DNA from: Takakia lepidozioides
Lineage: Eukaryota > Plantae > Bryophyta
Assembly (NCBI GenBank): GCA_030704615.1
Contig: CM060733.1
Coordinates: 48,422,001 to 48,486,000, forward strand
Direction: 5' to 3'
Length of the DNA: 64,000 nucleotides
This document shows, in pieces, positions 23,701 to 36,313 of the stretch (position 1 is its first letter; every line of letters starts with the position of its first letter). A model generated the notes under the pieces. It searched no databases. It saw nothing but the letters and a program-made list of their open reading frames with translations, and was not told where the DNA came from. The position numbers and the translations under genes are program-made.

Positions 23701-26385
23701 CACTGGATTGGCTGCAGTATTGCAGGCAGGTGTACGAGTTCGACGTTACCTGTATGTGGAGAGGGATGAGACTGCACGACGCGTCTCACTGCGCCATGTT
23801 GCTCAGTTGGTACAGCAGTACCCTGATTTGTTGCCAGTGTCTGCAGTTCGTGGATACCAACAAGCCTTGCCAGCAGACATTTCGTTGCTGGGGGCGCAGG
23901 ATTTGGAGCAGGTTGGCTCCATTGATTTGGTAGTGGCAGGTTGGCCCTGCCAAGGGCATTCATCAGTCGGGCATGACAATGGATTGCGAGACTCGAGGAC
24001 GGGTCTGTTTTGGGAGATGGTGCGGATTTTGCGCCACTTGTAGCTTCATCAAGCTGTATCTCCAGCATACATCTTGGAGAATGTGCCATTGATGGGTGAT
24101 TCTCGGGCCAGGGTGATGGCCAGTGTGTATCAAGTCCGGTCGTGGCTTGGATCAGCAGTGTTGCTGGATGCAGCTGCAATGGGGTCATGGGCTCATCGTC
24201 CACGGCTATGGTGGACTAACTTGATGCCACCCACACTGCTCAAGCGTGCATTTGATGGGGTGTAGCGGCCAGCACACCTCACAGTGGATAGCATTTTGGA
24301 CACAGGGAGACAGTCTCAACGTGTGAGACACGATGACCGTTCGCCTTTGGCAGTGGTCAACAGGGTGGGTCAAACACGAGCAGCATTACCTACACTGCTC
24401 AGCTTCCCAGGATCCCATGCTTTTCGGGATGGTGGACCTGGCCTCTTGTGGGATAGCCAGTTGCAACAATTAGTGGGCCCAATGCTGACGAGCGCGAGCG
24501 GGCGATGGGTTTTACCACAGGTACCACGGCGGTGCCATCTCTTTCTGAGGCATCATGTCGTCAGGTGTTGGGGCAAGCAATGGATCTCAATTGCTTGACC
24601 TGGATTATCAGCTTGGCTATGGCTGAGCAGCGCAGAGTACGGAGTACACTTCCCTTCATGGTCTCCCTGCCTACCGAGACGGTACAGGCAGCGAGTGGGG
24701 GCAAGCAGGTGAGGACCACGAGGTGCAGGCCGCATCCATGGCACACGTGGGAGGTGCTCGAGGTTCAGAAGGAGTTGACAGCCAAGGCAGCGGTGATGGA
24801 TCAGGTTGGGGATTTTTCTCGGATTGATGAGGTCCTCAAGGATGGGATGATGGGGTAGGATGAGACATTGTCACTGACAGAGGAGGCAGTGGTCACTGCT
24901 CAAGAGGTTGCAGCATAGCAACCACGGGACGCATCTTCTACCTCTAAGCCTGCTGGACTCAAGGTTGCAGTCACGGAGGACAACTAGGAGCCTGATGTTG
25001 GACCTATAGTCACCGGAGGACAGAGACGACGTATATGGCGGTTCTTGAGGGCTTACAGGAACTGCTTTGCCTTCAGTTTGAAGGACTTCGGAGCACTGAA
25101 GGGTCAAGAGATTCGCATTGAATTGGCTACTGACACGCCAATCTTTTGGAGACCCTATAGATACAGTGACATGGAGAGGTCCTTGATTCAGATGAGAACT
25201 CAGGACCTTTGGGAGGCTGGTTTGGTGGAGCTATCTGGGGGAGAGTATGCTTCAGCCACAGTGATGCCAACCAAGAAGGATGTCTTTGGCAATTGGACAG
25301 AGAGACGTATGTGCGGTGATTACCGGCCTATAAATCGTCAGACCAAGTCCGATAGATATGCCATGCCAACACCAAAGGAGATCTTTGATGCCATTGGGCA
25401 TGCCAAGGTCTTTAGAACGTTGGATTTACGATCCGGTATCACCAGTTGCCGATCAAGGAGGCGGATAAGCAAAAGACGGCATTTTGGGGGATCAATGAGC
25501 ACGGGAAAGATTGCCTATACCAGTGGCGGTTCTTACCATTTGGGCTTAAGAACGCTCCGGCAGAGTTTCAGAGAGTCATGGACAGGATTCTAGCAGGGGT
25601 GGAGTTTGCTCGGTGCTACATAGATGACATCATCATCTTTAGTGCTACGGTGGAAGAGCATGAGAGACACCTTCAGGGGGTATTTGAGCGCTTGAGGGCG
25701 CACGGATTGAAGTTACATCCGGGAAAGTGCAAGTTTTTCCACAACCAGATTTAGTATCTGGGTCACATGATATATCCTGGAGGATTGGGGGTACAGCAGA
25801 CTAAGGTAGAGTCCATTGCACAGGTTCCACGCCCCACGGATGTGAGCCGAGTTCAAGCTTTCATGGGGTTAGCAAACTATTATAGATAGTTTGTTAAGGG
25901 ATTTAGTGCCATTGCAAAGGCTCTAACCAAGCTGACCAAGGTGGACCAGGAATGGCAGTGGGAAGATGAGCAAGAACAAGCTTTTCAAGAGCTCAAGGCG
26001 AGGTTAACCTCGGCGCCCATCTTGAGACGACCTATCAGGGGGCGTCATTTTCAGCTGCATACAGATTGGAGCATGCTGGGGCTTGGAGCTGTGCTCACAC
26101 AGGTGGATGATGAGGGAAGAGAGTTCGTAGTGGCTTATGCTAGCCGCTCGAACAACGTTGCAGAGTCTAAGTATAGCTCATATGAGGGAGAATGCTTAGC
26201 TGCAGTGTGGGCCGTGGCACACTTCACGTGCTATCTATACGGCAATCTCTTCACCCTTGTCACGGATCACCAACCACTCAAGTGGTTGATGGAGTCAGAC
26301 AAGCTTACGGGGAAGCTTGCACGGTGGGCACTCATCCTTCAAGAGTATGACTTTCAGGTGGTGCATCGACCGGGTTTGGTCAACC
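20722..26385 (+). mobile_element. Ty3/Gypsy retrotransposon with domain order Gag-PR-C5 DNA methyltransferase-RT-RNase H; truncated before integrase; LTR not identified
   Basis: Two zinc knuckles (CWTCGGPHVKRDC, CGHCGKYGHGDAQC), protease VFLDSGAQ, DNMT motifs, RT (RMCGDYRPIN, LDLRSG, PFGLKNAP, CYIDDII), RNase H (LHTDWS, YASRS, EGECLA, TDHQPL). Confidence 0.93.
23663..24610 (+). pseudogene. DNA (cytosine-5)-methyltransferase catalytic domain within Gypsy pol (2 TAG stops, 1 frameshift)
   Basis: Motif I LLDLFGGIS, II YVERD, III ADI, IV DLVVAGWPCQG (catalytic PC), V DSRTGLFWEM, VI ILENV, VIII AHRPRLWWTN, IX PNADERERAMGF, X RQVLGQAMDL, in canonical order. Confidence 0.92.
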
Positions 26386-26962
26386 ATGACTTACCGTGAT
26401 TTACCATGATCTACCATGATTTACCATTATTTATCAAGTTACTGGGAGTTTACCAAATTACCAAGAGTAACTTGGGAAACTGCTCAGGAAGCTTCTTTTG
26501 GAGGAAACTTCTCCATCAAGATACCTCTTTTGTTTAAGGAAGCTTCTCCATCAAGAAACCTTTGTTTAATCTTGGAAACTTCTCTAGCAAGAAACCTCCA
26601 TAGGGGGAAGCTTCTTAGGGAAACTTCTTAGTAGCCAGTATATATAGAAGGCGAGACTGGACACTCTTCAGTCTCGCCAACACCAGTTCAAGCTACTCTT
26701 ATTTCCAGTTCCCAGTACTCCAGTCCAGTTCTCAGTACTCTAGCCCAGTTTCCAGTATCTGGTACTCTAGTCCAGTTTCCAGGATTCCAATATTCAAGTC
26801 GTGTTCCAATATCTTGTACTCTTGTTCATTGTTATAAAGATCGTCTTGATTCCTATTTACTCATCGTGCATTCAGCCACGCCGACCTTGACTTCTTGTCT
26901 AGCCTTGTACCTCTAGTCTTATCTCTTTGTTTATGTTCAGTCATGTTCTCGTCCTTGACAGT

Positions 26963-26973
26963 TTGGCGAGACT
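26963..26973 (+). promoter_or_regulatory. Self-priming PBS
   Basis: TTGGCGAGACT is the exact complement of AGTCTCGCCAA (26670-26680), about 30 nt after the LTR TATA box; I see no tRNA 3'-end match. Confidence 0.8.
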
Positions 26974-29900
26974 AAAGTTTGTTCCTTAGTTAATTAAGAT
27001 GGAAGGCACATTTGCGGAAATGGTCGTCACATTGCAGAGTTTTCAGCTCTAGATGCAAGAACTTCGTGCCTCTACTACCCAACTACAAGCTGATCAGTCT
27101 GAAGATCTTAGCAACGCTCTCAACAATTTGCAACAACAAATTTCAGAGTTGAATGAATTGAACAATGGATCTTCAACCTTACGAGTCCCTACTACAACAA
27201 ATTATACTACAACGGTTCTTCCAAATCTTCAACAGATTACAAGGGAACCAAAGGTCAGCATGCCCGAAAAATTTGATGGGACGAGATCAAGATTTCGTGG
27301 TTTTGTTCAACAAGTATTGTTCCTACGACTACATCTTGATATGAACTGTGGTCCTCGATCAGATACGATGTCCTTCGGGAGTCCATGAATGCGGTAGATA
27401 TTATTGAGGAAGAGTCTTGCAGTTTCCTCGCCGGTAACCGTCTTATTACATGGAATTAAATGTGTCATCTTCGTAAAACGATCCACAATAACAAGGATTG
27501 AATCGGTGGTCTTGGAAATTGGAAGGTCCGTAATAAAGTCCATAGACACGGACGACCATGGACCCTTGAGAATGGGTAATGGTTGAAGAAGGTCGTAAGG
27601 TCGATGTCGTGGTCATTTCGCTCTAGCACACGTGCCGCAAGATTTTATAAATTCTTTCACGAGTTTCCACATTTGCGGCCACCAATAGTCCCTGGATACA
27701 ATTTCATTGTTTTGTTGAAGCCGAAATGTCCTACAGCCGGAAGATCATGACATGTTTGAAGAATTCGAAGTTGTGTAGGTCCTGGAGGTACATAGAGAAG
27801 TCCCTTGAAATAAAGTAAGTCATCTTTGAATTCGAAATCGTTTGTAACATGTGGGTTGTCTCGAGGTCGATTTAGTTGACTTCATAGTGTCGTAGCAAAT
27901 TGGTCGCTCTTCAGTGCTTCCTGAATCTCCTTTATGATCTCTACATCGTTATAGGTGGACATGGATAGCATATTCACTTGGAGATTTGCTGGTTTCAAGA
28001 TGATAGATTTCTGTTGGTTAAAAGTTGCATTCCCTTCTTATATTCGTACAAGGTTGTAAGCTCATCTCAAGTCGATCTTTGTGAAAAAATTTGCTCGTCC
28101 AAAGTTGTTCGATGAGTTCGGAAATCAGCGGTAGTGGGTAACGATTTTTTATAGTGACTTTGTTAAGCCCTCGATAGTCCACACACATGCATAACGATCC
28201 GTCCTTTTTCTTCACAAATAAGATAGGTGCTCCCGCGGGTGATTTCGAATGTCGAATGGAATTCTTTGACAAATTTTCATCAATGTATTCGTGTAAAGCA
28301 GCCAGCTCCGTCTGAGATAAATTATAGATCGGGCTGAATGGTGGTTGAGCTCTTTCTTGCAACTCAATTGCACAATCATATGGTCGATGTTCTGGCAACA
28401 TGTCTGTATTTTTCTTCTCGAAGACATCCTTGAAATCTTGATATTGAGTGGATAATGTCGAAATACCTTGCTCTGTTGTGGTTTTGATTGGAGTCGCATA
28501 AAGTGCAAATGTCGCGTCTTTCTTCGTAGCTCTCATGAAGGCTCTAGCTCCAAGAAACAGGGGTTGAATACCTTTGGTACTTTTGCATTTTTGTCTTGCC
28601 GAAATTTATCGTGATCGCCAGTCGATGTCAGGATTATGAAGTACAAACCAGGGAAGTCCAAGGATCGTAGGATTCGTTGGAGACTGGATGAAACAATCTG
28701 TGATGCTTGATTTTTAAGTTTCACTTCAAGGGGTCGAGTTTCATGGTCAATATTTCCTGATGCTAACGGTTGTCCATCGATGACTTTAACAGGGGCCGAG
28801 AATTTCTTTCTTACGAGCGTTAAATTGTGTTGCTTCGCAAAGTCTTTGTCAATAAAACACGCTGAAGCGTCCGAGTCCAAAGTGCTTCTACGGAGATATG
28901 TCGATTTTGCATCTTGATCTTTACTGGAACTGTGAAACAATGTACAGGGTCTGGAGGTAGAAAGAGACATTTTTTTTATGAAGAATTTGGGGTGTCCAGC
29001 CGCATGGTCCCTACTGTGACTGGACATCTTCGTTTTCCGACCTCCTCGTATCAAACTCTTGAGTTGTGCCCCGAGCTTTGAATCTTCTCTTGTTGGGGCA
29101 GTTTAATGTTATATAATCATCTTCTCCGCAATAAAGGCATAATCCATTTGAGCATCATCTTTGTTTTTTTTGTGGCGTCAATGGCTTGAATCGGACAACA
29201 TCAATCTGCATAGGATCATTACCGGATGTCTGATGGATCGTTGTGTTTGGTGCCGTAGTAGCAGCGGCATGGTGCGTCGTCGACCATCCAGATCGCTTCT
29301 CTTGACATCTTTCGAACAAACGATTATCGCATGCAACGACTTGGGTGATAAATTCGCTCAGTGTACTCACATTTGGCATTGTCAGCAACAAATCTTTTAC
29401 ATCCTCTTTTAGGCCACATCGAAATTGACTAATGAGACTCTTCTCATTCCAGTCGAGGTCGCACGCAAGTTATCGAAATTCGGCAGCATAAACGGAAACT
29501 GGATGTGCTCCTTGTCGAAGATTTCGCATCTTTGTCTTTGCAACTCTCTCTCTATCATTCTCTCCAAACGTTGCAGTGAACTCGGACGTGAACGCTTCAA
29601 AATTGTATAGTAAATGCGAATTTTTCTCTAATAGCGGTACAAACCAAGATAGGGCAGTGTCTGATAGAAGGGTGCCCACGAATCTCACTTGAATACCTTC
29701 ATTAGAGTAGCGATATGATTTCTGGAGGGGATTATTTCACATATTGGATACTAAGATCAACCTCTCTACAGCTAATCATCCACAGACTGATGGTCAAACC
29801 GAACGTGTAAACCAGATTTTGGAGCAGTATCTTCGCTGTACGATAAATTATCACCAAAATAATTGGATGGACCTTCTGTTATTAGCTGAGTTTGCCTACA

Positions 29901-32161
29901 ACAACACTATACATTCTGCGACCAAACAAACTCCATTTTTCTCCAATTATGGTCATCATCATCGAGCAAACCCTTTCCACATGAAGACTGTTGGAAGCCC
30001 TGCTGCAGAAAACCTTGCTACTCATCTCGCTACGATTCACAAGGAGCTTACATTCCACCTCGCAGAAGCTCAAAAACAATACAAGGAGTATGCAGATCAA
30101 CGTCGCCAACTCCAACCCCAATTCAAGGTCGGAGATCATGTGTGGCTTCTTCGACGAGACATACAAACCTCGCGACCATCAAGGAAGTTGGATTATCAAC
30201 GCCTGGGACCATTCAAAATTATTCGACAAATAAATCCGGTCAGTTTTCGGCTTGAACTCCCATGAATTATGCACATCCATCCAGTCTTTCATGTTTCATT
30301 GCTGGAGTTGTATCATCCATCGAATATTCCAGGGAGAGTCTCCGTACCACCTCCACCAATCGAAGTTAATCAGGAAATTGAGTATGAAGTCGACGAAGTC
30401 CTAGACTCCGCATCATCTTGAGTATTTCGTACATTAAAAAAGCTACGACATCAGCGAACGAACGTGAGAACCTTTATCCAACCTCGCCAATGCATCTGAT
30501 AAAGTCCAAGAGTTTCATCAACGATATCCAGCTAAGCCCCGAACTACACATCAATAAGACGTCACAACGATGATGTCAACCAAGTTAGCTTCAAGGTGAA
30601 AACTCCACATTCAATGTACCTGATACATGCTAAGGAGGGAGGAGCACCACATATCAGTATATATAGCTACACTTTCCAGCACTTCCAGCACTCTGGCATC
30701 TTGTATTGGCAGTATGAAGTAGACAATGGGCCACCAATGCGATACGTACTTCCTCGTCTAGACCCCGTACGATGACAAGTGGAGCCTACTCGAAGTCTGA
30801 TAATTCTGAGGCTTCGGACCCAAATGGCAACGAAATCATGTTTGAAGGCAGCTTTGAAAATCAGTATGCTCAAATCACTGTGTGCTCCCATGTGTCAAGG
30901 TGTTGGACATTATCGATGGTTGCAGGGACCTATAAATCATTTGAGTCAAGAACGAAGAGCCGAATACTTGGCAAGTACCATTCGTCGGATTTTGGATTTT
31001 CTCCAACTCTAAGCAAGTCCAAGATTTTACCGCTCCTCGAGGAACTCGACGCTACAGGAGGGGGTGATGTCACGGACATAGCCCAGAGGAACTTATCATA
31101 AGTAAATGCCAGAAGTTACCTAGTTAACATGTTACCGGAAGTTACCATGACTTACCGTGATTTACCATTACTTACCAAGTTACCGGAAATTTATCAAATT
31201 ACCAAGAGTAATTTGGGAAACTGCTCGGGAAGCTTCTTTTGGAGGAAACTTCTCTATCAAGATACCTCTTTTGTTTAAAGAAGCTTCTCCATCAAGAAAC
31301 CTTTTTCTAATCTTAGAAACTTCTCCAGCAAGAAACCTCCATAAGGGGAAGCTTCTTAGGGAAACTTCGTAGTAGCCAGTATATATAGAAGGCGAGACTG
31401 GACACTCTTCAGTCTCGCCAACACCAGTTCAAGCTACTCTTGTTTCCAGTTCCCAGTACTCCAGTCTAGTTCCTAGTCCACACTAGAAGAAAAACGCGGA
31501 ATAACCACTGGCCGTTTAACCACTACTGTCTTTTTCCACTCTATAAACCACTAGTAACCACTTGCCAGTGGTTAATCCCAATGAAATGCCACGGTGGCAT
31601 CACAGATAGTGGTTGGAAGTGGTTTCAACCACTCAGTAGTCCACGTGTAATAATTTATTATAATTTATTATAATTTATTTGGTAATACATTTTAATTAAT
31701 AAATATAATATTCGACGTGGACGAGTGCAGTGGTAAATTGTGAGTGGTTATAGACACCTCAGTGATGGGAAGTGGTTGAAACCACTTGCTACTCCACGTG
31801 TAATAATTCAAAATTTATTTGTGATTTATGATTTGGAAATATATTTTAATTCATAAATATAATATTCCATGTGGACGGGGACAGTGCATGTTGATCTTGA
31901 GTGGTTAAAGACACCTCATTGATTTGTACCACTTTTACAGTGGTGGAGAGTGGGTGGTGAAAGATATTGCAGTAATTGGAACCACTATTTTAGTGGTTGC
32001 TCATGAGTGGTTGCCTACAGACAAGTGATTGGTACCACTTTTTGGGTGATACACGAAAATTTTTAAGTGGTTTGTGCAACTGTGACAGACTTTGAAAAAC
32101 AGACAAGTGGCCAGACCATTGTGGCATGATGATATTGAACAAATGGTTCCAACAATAAACT

Positions 32162-35100
32162 TTATTCTGAATCTGAAACATATTTGTCACCCTCTGAATC
32201 ACTTTGCTCAACTGGAATAGTGGTTGGTTGCACAAACGCCACTTGAATGGTACCCCACATAGCCAGGTCTTCTTTATTTAGAGCCGTGGCACCATCTAAT
32301 GACCTAGGTATTGGCTGATCTGATAAGGTGGACGGTGCCTGAAGGCCATCGAAATCTGCATTTTCACCAATGTCACATTGATCTATGTCCGCCACAATCC
32401 TTTTTGCTCTTGGATCCTTCCGAAGGACTACCTTCCACTCCGAACTTGGGGACTCATCCGAAAAGAACCCCTGTTCAACTTGAGATGGAAAGATGAACGG
32501 CTGATCATTGGCGGGTAACATCCTCCCAAAATTTGCAATTAGAAAACCATACGAATCCCGCCTCATTGTAGCATTTTGTCCAACGAGGTTGGCCCTCACC
32601 CAGGCACAACGAAATACAATGGGGTGCACTCGTCCATAATCCAATTTGAAGATCTCTTTGATGACCCCAACGTACTCTAATGGTGACATGACTGGATTTT
32701 TATCACGCACACTATTTCTGTTTCTGTTGCTGGAAGACGGATGCAACTCCGGAATCAAAAGAGACAAGAAGACGACTCTCAGTGTCATCCACTCGATAAT
32801 GATTTCCATACGCCTTCATGCCACGAAATGAAGCTGATCTCAATGAGGGGGGAGTAGACAAATGAATTACATCCGTATCCTCAACACCATGCTCAGAGAC
32901 ATGGGCCTGGACTGCATGGTGTATCCATACCGGTAGGGGTGGAAACTCCAACAAATGGGGAGGGTATGGCACCGGAAGGCGGCGGTGACGTCGATAATTG
33001 GCACGCCACTCACGAGCACATGCCTCTCTGTTTGCAGTGAACTGTGCCTTCTCTGTTGCATACTTTCTGTCACAAAATGACAACAAGAATGACACATGTT
33101 AGCAATGAAGTGTTGCATTACTTTGCAAAAAATACCTAGCATGAATGATACTTTGAAAACCACTGGATGAGTGAGCAGAATGACTTGTAAATGAACATGC
33201 TCTTCCAAAAAGTCACTCACTTAGACATTCAGTTACTACAGAAGTGGTTATCATCACGATGAACCACTGACATTTATAACTTTGTGGGTGGTTCTATTAC
33301 ACTGGTGACAGTCACAATTGCATTTGAACTTGATATATATGAATAAGGTGCAATGAAAAGAAGAACTCACTATACCCAAGGAACCATCACATTGGTATTG
33401 TTCAACACATACAAATGTGCTGCATCTCTTTCAGCTCCACTCATGTCTCGTTTTTTGCCGACACCTTCCAAGACCTCGTTCTCAACCCCTTCCTCCGCAT
33501 TTGCATCCCAAATCCGTCGTTGAGTTGCATATACTCACTCATGAACCCCATGGCCTCATCAAGAACATACCCTGCAGCCATACTCCCTTCTGGCTTTGCG
33601 TAATTTCTAACGTATCCCTTGAGATCTTTCATGTAACGCTCCATGGGATACATCCACCGTGATAACACCGGACCACATGTATCTAGTTCATCTACGAGAT
33701 GAACTAGCAAATGGGTCATGACATCAAAGAAAGAAGGGGGAACTCTTTCTCTAAGAGACATAAGGTTATAGCAACATCCTCATGCAATGAATCTATTTCA
33801 TTAGGGTCCCATACTTTGGCACAAATCCAGCGGAAAATACGACTCACACGCATAATGACCCCACGTGGGCCCCCCGCCATGCAATGGTGAATACACACAG
33901 GTAAAATCTGTTGCATTAAAACGTGATAATCATGGGACTTCATACTCGTCAAATGTTTCCTAGACGGGTGTATGTGTTTCTGAAATGCACCTGCAAATCC
34001 CGAAGGAGTTTTGATAGCCCCCAAAGTATCAAGAAATATCGCGATTTCAGCGGGAGTGAGAACATACGGTGCTGCTGGTTTCATGATACGTGAAGGGTTT
34101 TGTGGATCAGGCCAAAGCCACAAGTGACGTCTGATGCCGATTACCTCCATGTCGTTCATCACCTTCACCGTGTCCTTCCGTCCGAAAATCGTCTTCAACA
34201 AGTTTTCACAAAAATTCTTTTCGCAATGCATGGGATCCAGTAAGTAGCGTTGCAACAGATCCTGCAATTGGTGACACCATTTCAGGAACATTCCGACAGA
34301 TTGCAGTCGTATACAAATCAGATTCCTTTATGAGCACTATATACTTCCATGTCTAAAGTTGTTGTGATGCATGACAGTCCCTCCTCAGTGGTTCAAACAA
34401 CTCCTTTAGTGCATTATTAGCCTCTCAAGTGATGTCAACAACTTCCTGAGCATCATGGATACTACCTTTTACCACTCCACGAGTTATTGATGTGAAGTCC
34501 AAATTACATGCAGTACTGCTACTTTACCACTCGGGAAGTAAGAAGTAACCACTACAGGGGCACTACCTTTTCCATTTACAAAGAACATTGAACTCAAACA
34601 AGTACAAGTGCAGGGGGTACCTTCCAGTATGGTAAATCCCCTAGGCAGCTGCGCCTTTTAATACCATGAACCTTGGCTGGATGAACTTCAGCATCAAGAA
34701 AAGCACGGGGGTCAAGGTCATAACCTTCAGCCTCAACACCAGCGGCCTCTTGTTCAACCGGTGTGAACGGATGTGACTTCGTACGCATCTCCACCTGTCC
34801 ATTGAAGTGTATGCGGTTCTTGCGGTATGGATGGGCCTGACGGAGGAGCCTGCGGTGACCTTGGTAGATAGTTTTGCCCAAAACTTTTGAGTGTCTTGCA
34901 TCTACATGAGGACCGCATACTGGACACCCTTTGTAGCCTTTTGTGACACATCCTGCAAGTAGGCCATAAGCAAGAAAATCGTGGATGCTCCACAGTAGTA
35001 TGGCGCGTAGTATGAAGGTTCTCTCACCAACAGGTTTGCATATGTCATATGCCCGAACCCCTCTCCACAAAACAAATAACTCCTTCATCAGTGGTGCTAA

Positions 35101-36313
35101 GTACACATCTATGTGCTCACTTGTAATTGACTGCTTTCCTGGAATCAAGAGAGTAAGCATGACAAAGAACTTCTTTGTAGTGAGCCAGGGAGGTAGGTTG
35201 TATACTAGCGTCAACACTGGCCATGTTGACCAGCAATTGTTCTTATCACCAAACGGGTTGACCCCATCGAAGGAAAAACCAAGCCTTACATTGCAAGGCT
35301 GTGCTGCAAAGTCGGGCCAAGTAGCATCAATGTGTTTCCAAGCCTTTGAATCAGCTGCATGGCGCACAAGGCCATCGTTGCTTGCATTCCGATTGTGCCA
35401 TGTTATTAATTCTGCAATAGAAGAACATCTATACATACGCAAAAGGCGTGGTATCAATGGAAAATGGCGAAGCACCTTAACAGGTACCTTGGATCTCCCC
35501 ACATTTTTGAATCGAGCGCTTTGACACTTGGGGCAACTCTCTGAAGTTTTCAAGTCCCCCCTAAACAACACACACCCCTTTGGGCAAGCATCGATCTTCT
35601 CATAAGCAAACCCAAGCTTGCTCACCATGGTCTTTGCATGGTAAAAAAAATGTGGGTAGTACGTTTGGTTGTGGCAACAAGGTTTTCTGCAGCAAAGATA
35701 ACATTTCATCCGCAAAGCCATTTGTAACCCCATGTGTTGCGCATAGATTCATTATAAGCATGGTGGATGCAAGCTTAGAGGATTTACAGCCTTCATACAA
35801 AGGTAGACATGCCTCTTCCAATGAGATGGGATCATCAGTGTGAGAGTCCCCACCCGCAATCGGGTCATGGGCTAAGGAAGGGATGTTCGTGTCACCAGGA
35901 ACATCTAGGTCATCTAATTTCACTTCTGCCCCATCTCCAGTTTCAGGTGTGTCTATGATCTGAAAGGTCTCTTGGATCATGCGCTGTACCTCAACATTTC
36001 TATCCAATTCTCCCTATGTCCGATGATTTGCTAAAGCTACGTCGTCACCAACCACCACGGCCGTGTCTTCCCATTCATCGTCAGAAGCATGCCTCCTTGC
36101 TCCTCTCCAGGATCTGAACGCATGGGATCTATGATTGGCCATTAGATATTTTCTCACTCTCTCTATAGAGACCGGTCATCCACCCTTACAGTGATTGCAA
36201 GGGCATCTTAACTTGTTGAGACCATACTCTCGACACCGCGCAACTTCATGCTGAAAAAGAGCATCGTCGCGCTGTTGCAATCTCAGCACGACAGCTGCTC
36301 TGTCAGGCTCCAT
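32162..36313 (-). pseudogene. Multi-exon Tnp2/TnpD transposase, frameshifted
   Basis: CPCNHC N-terminal motif, IDACPKGC, LRHFPLIPRL, DGVNPFG..STWPV, DPMHCEKN, MKSHDYHVLMQ, FFDVMTHLLVHL, RWMYPMER, and C-terminal YVGVIKEI..FRCAW..PFIFPSQV..WKVV. Confidence 0.93.

Noticed and set aside
23663-24610. Host DRM/DNMT3 gene or bacterial contamination
   Set aside because: No introns, no UBA/PWWP domains, canonical rather than DRM-permuted motif order, and in frame with retroelement domains on both sides.
26690-26810. Short ccagt-rich repeats suggestive of an array or CRISPR
   Set aside because: Degenerate tandem motif inside the LTR, with no constant repeat and unique spacers; eukaryotic context.
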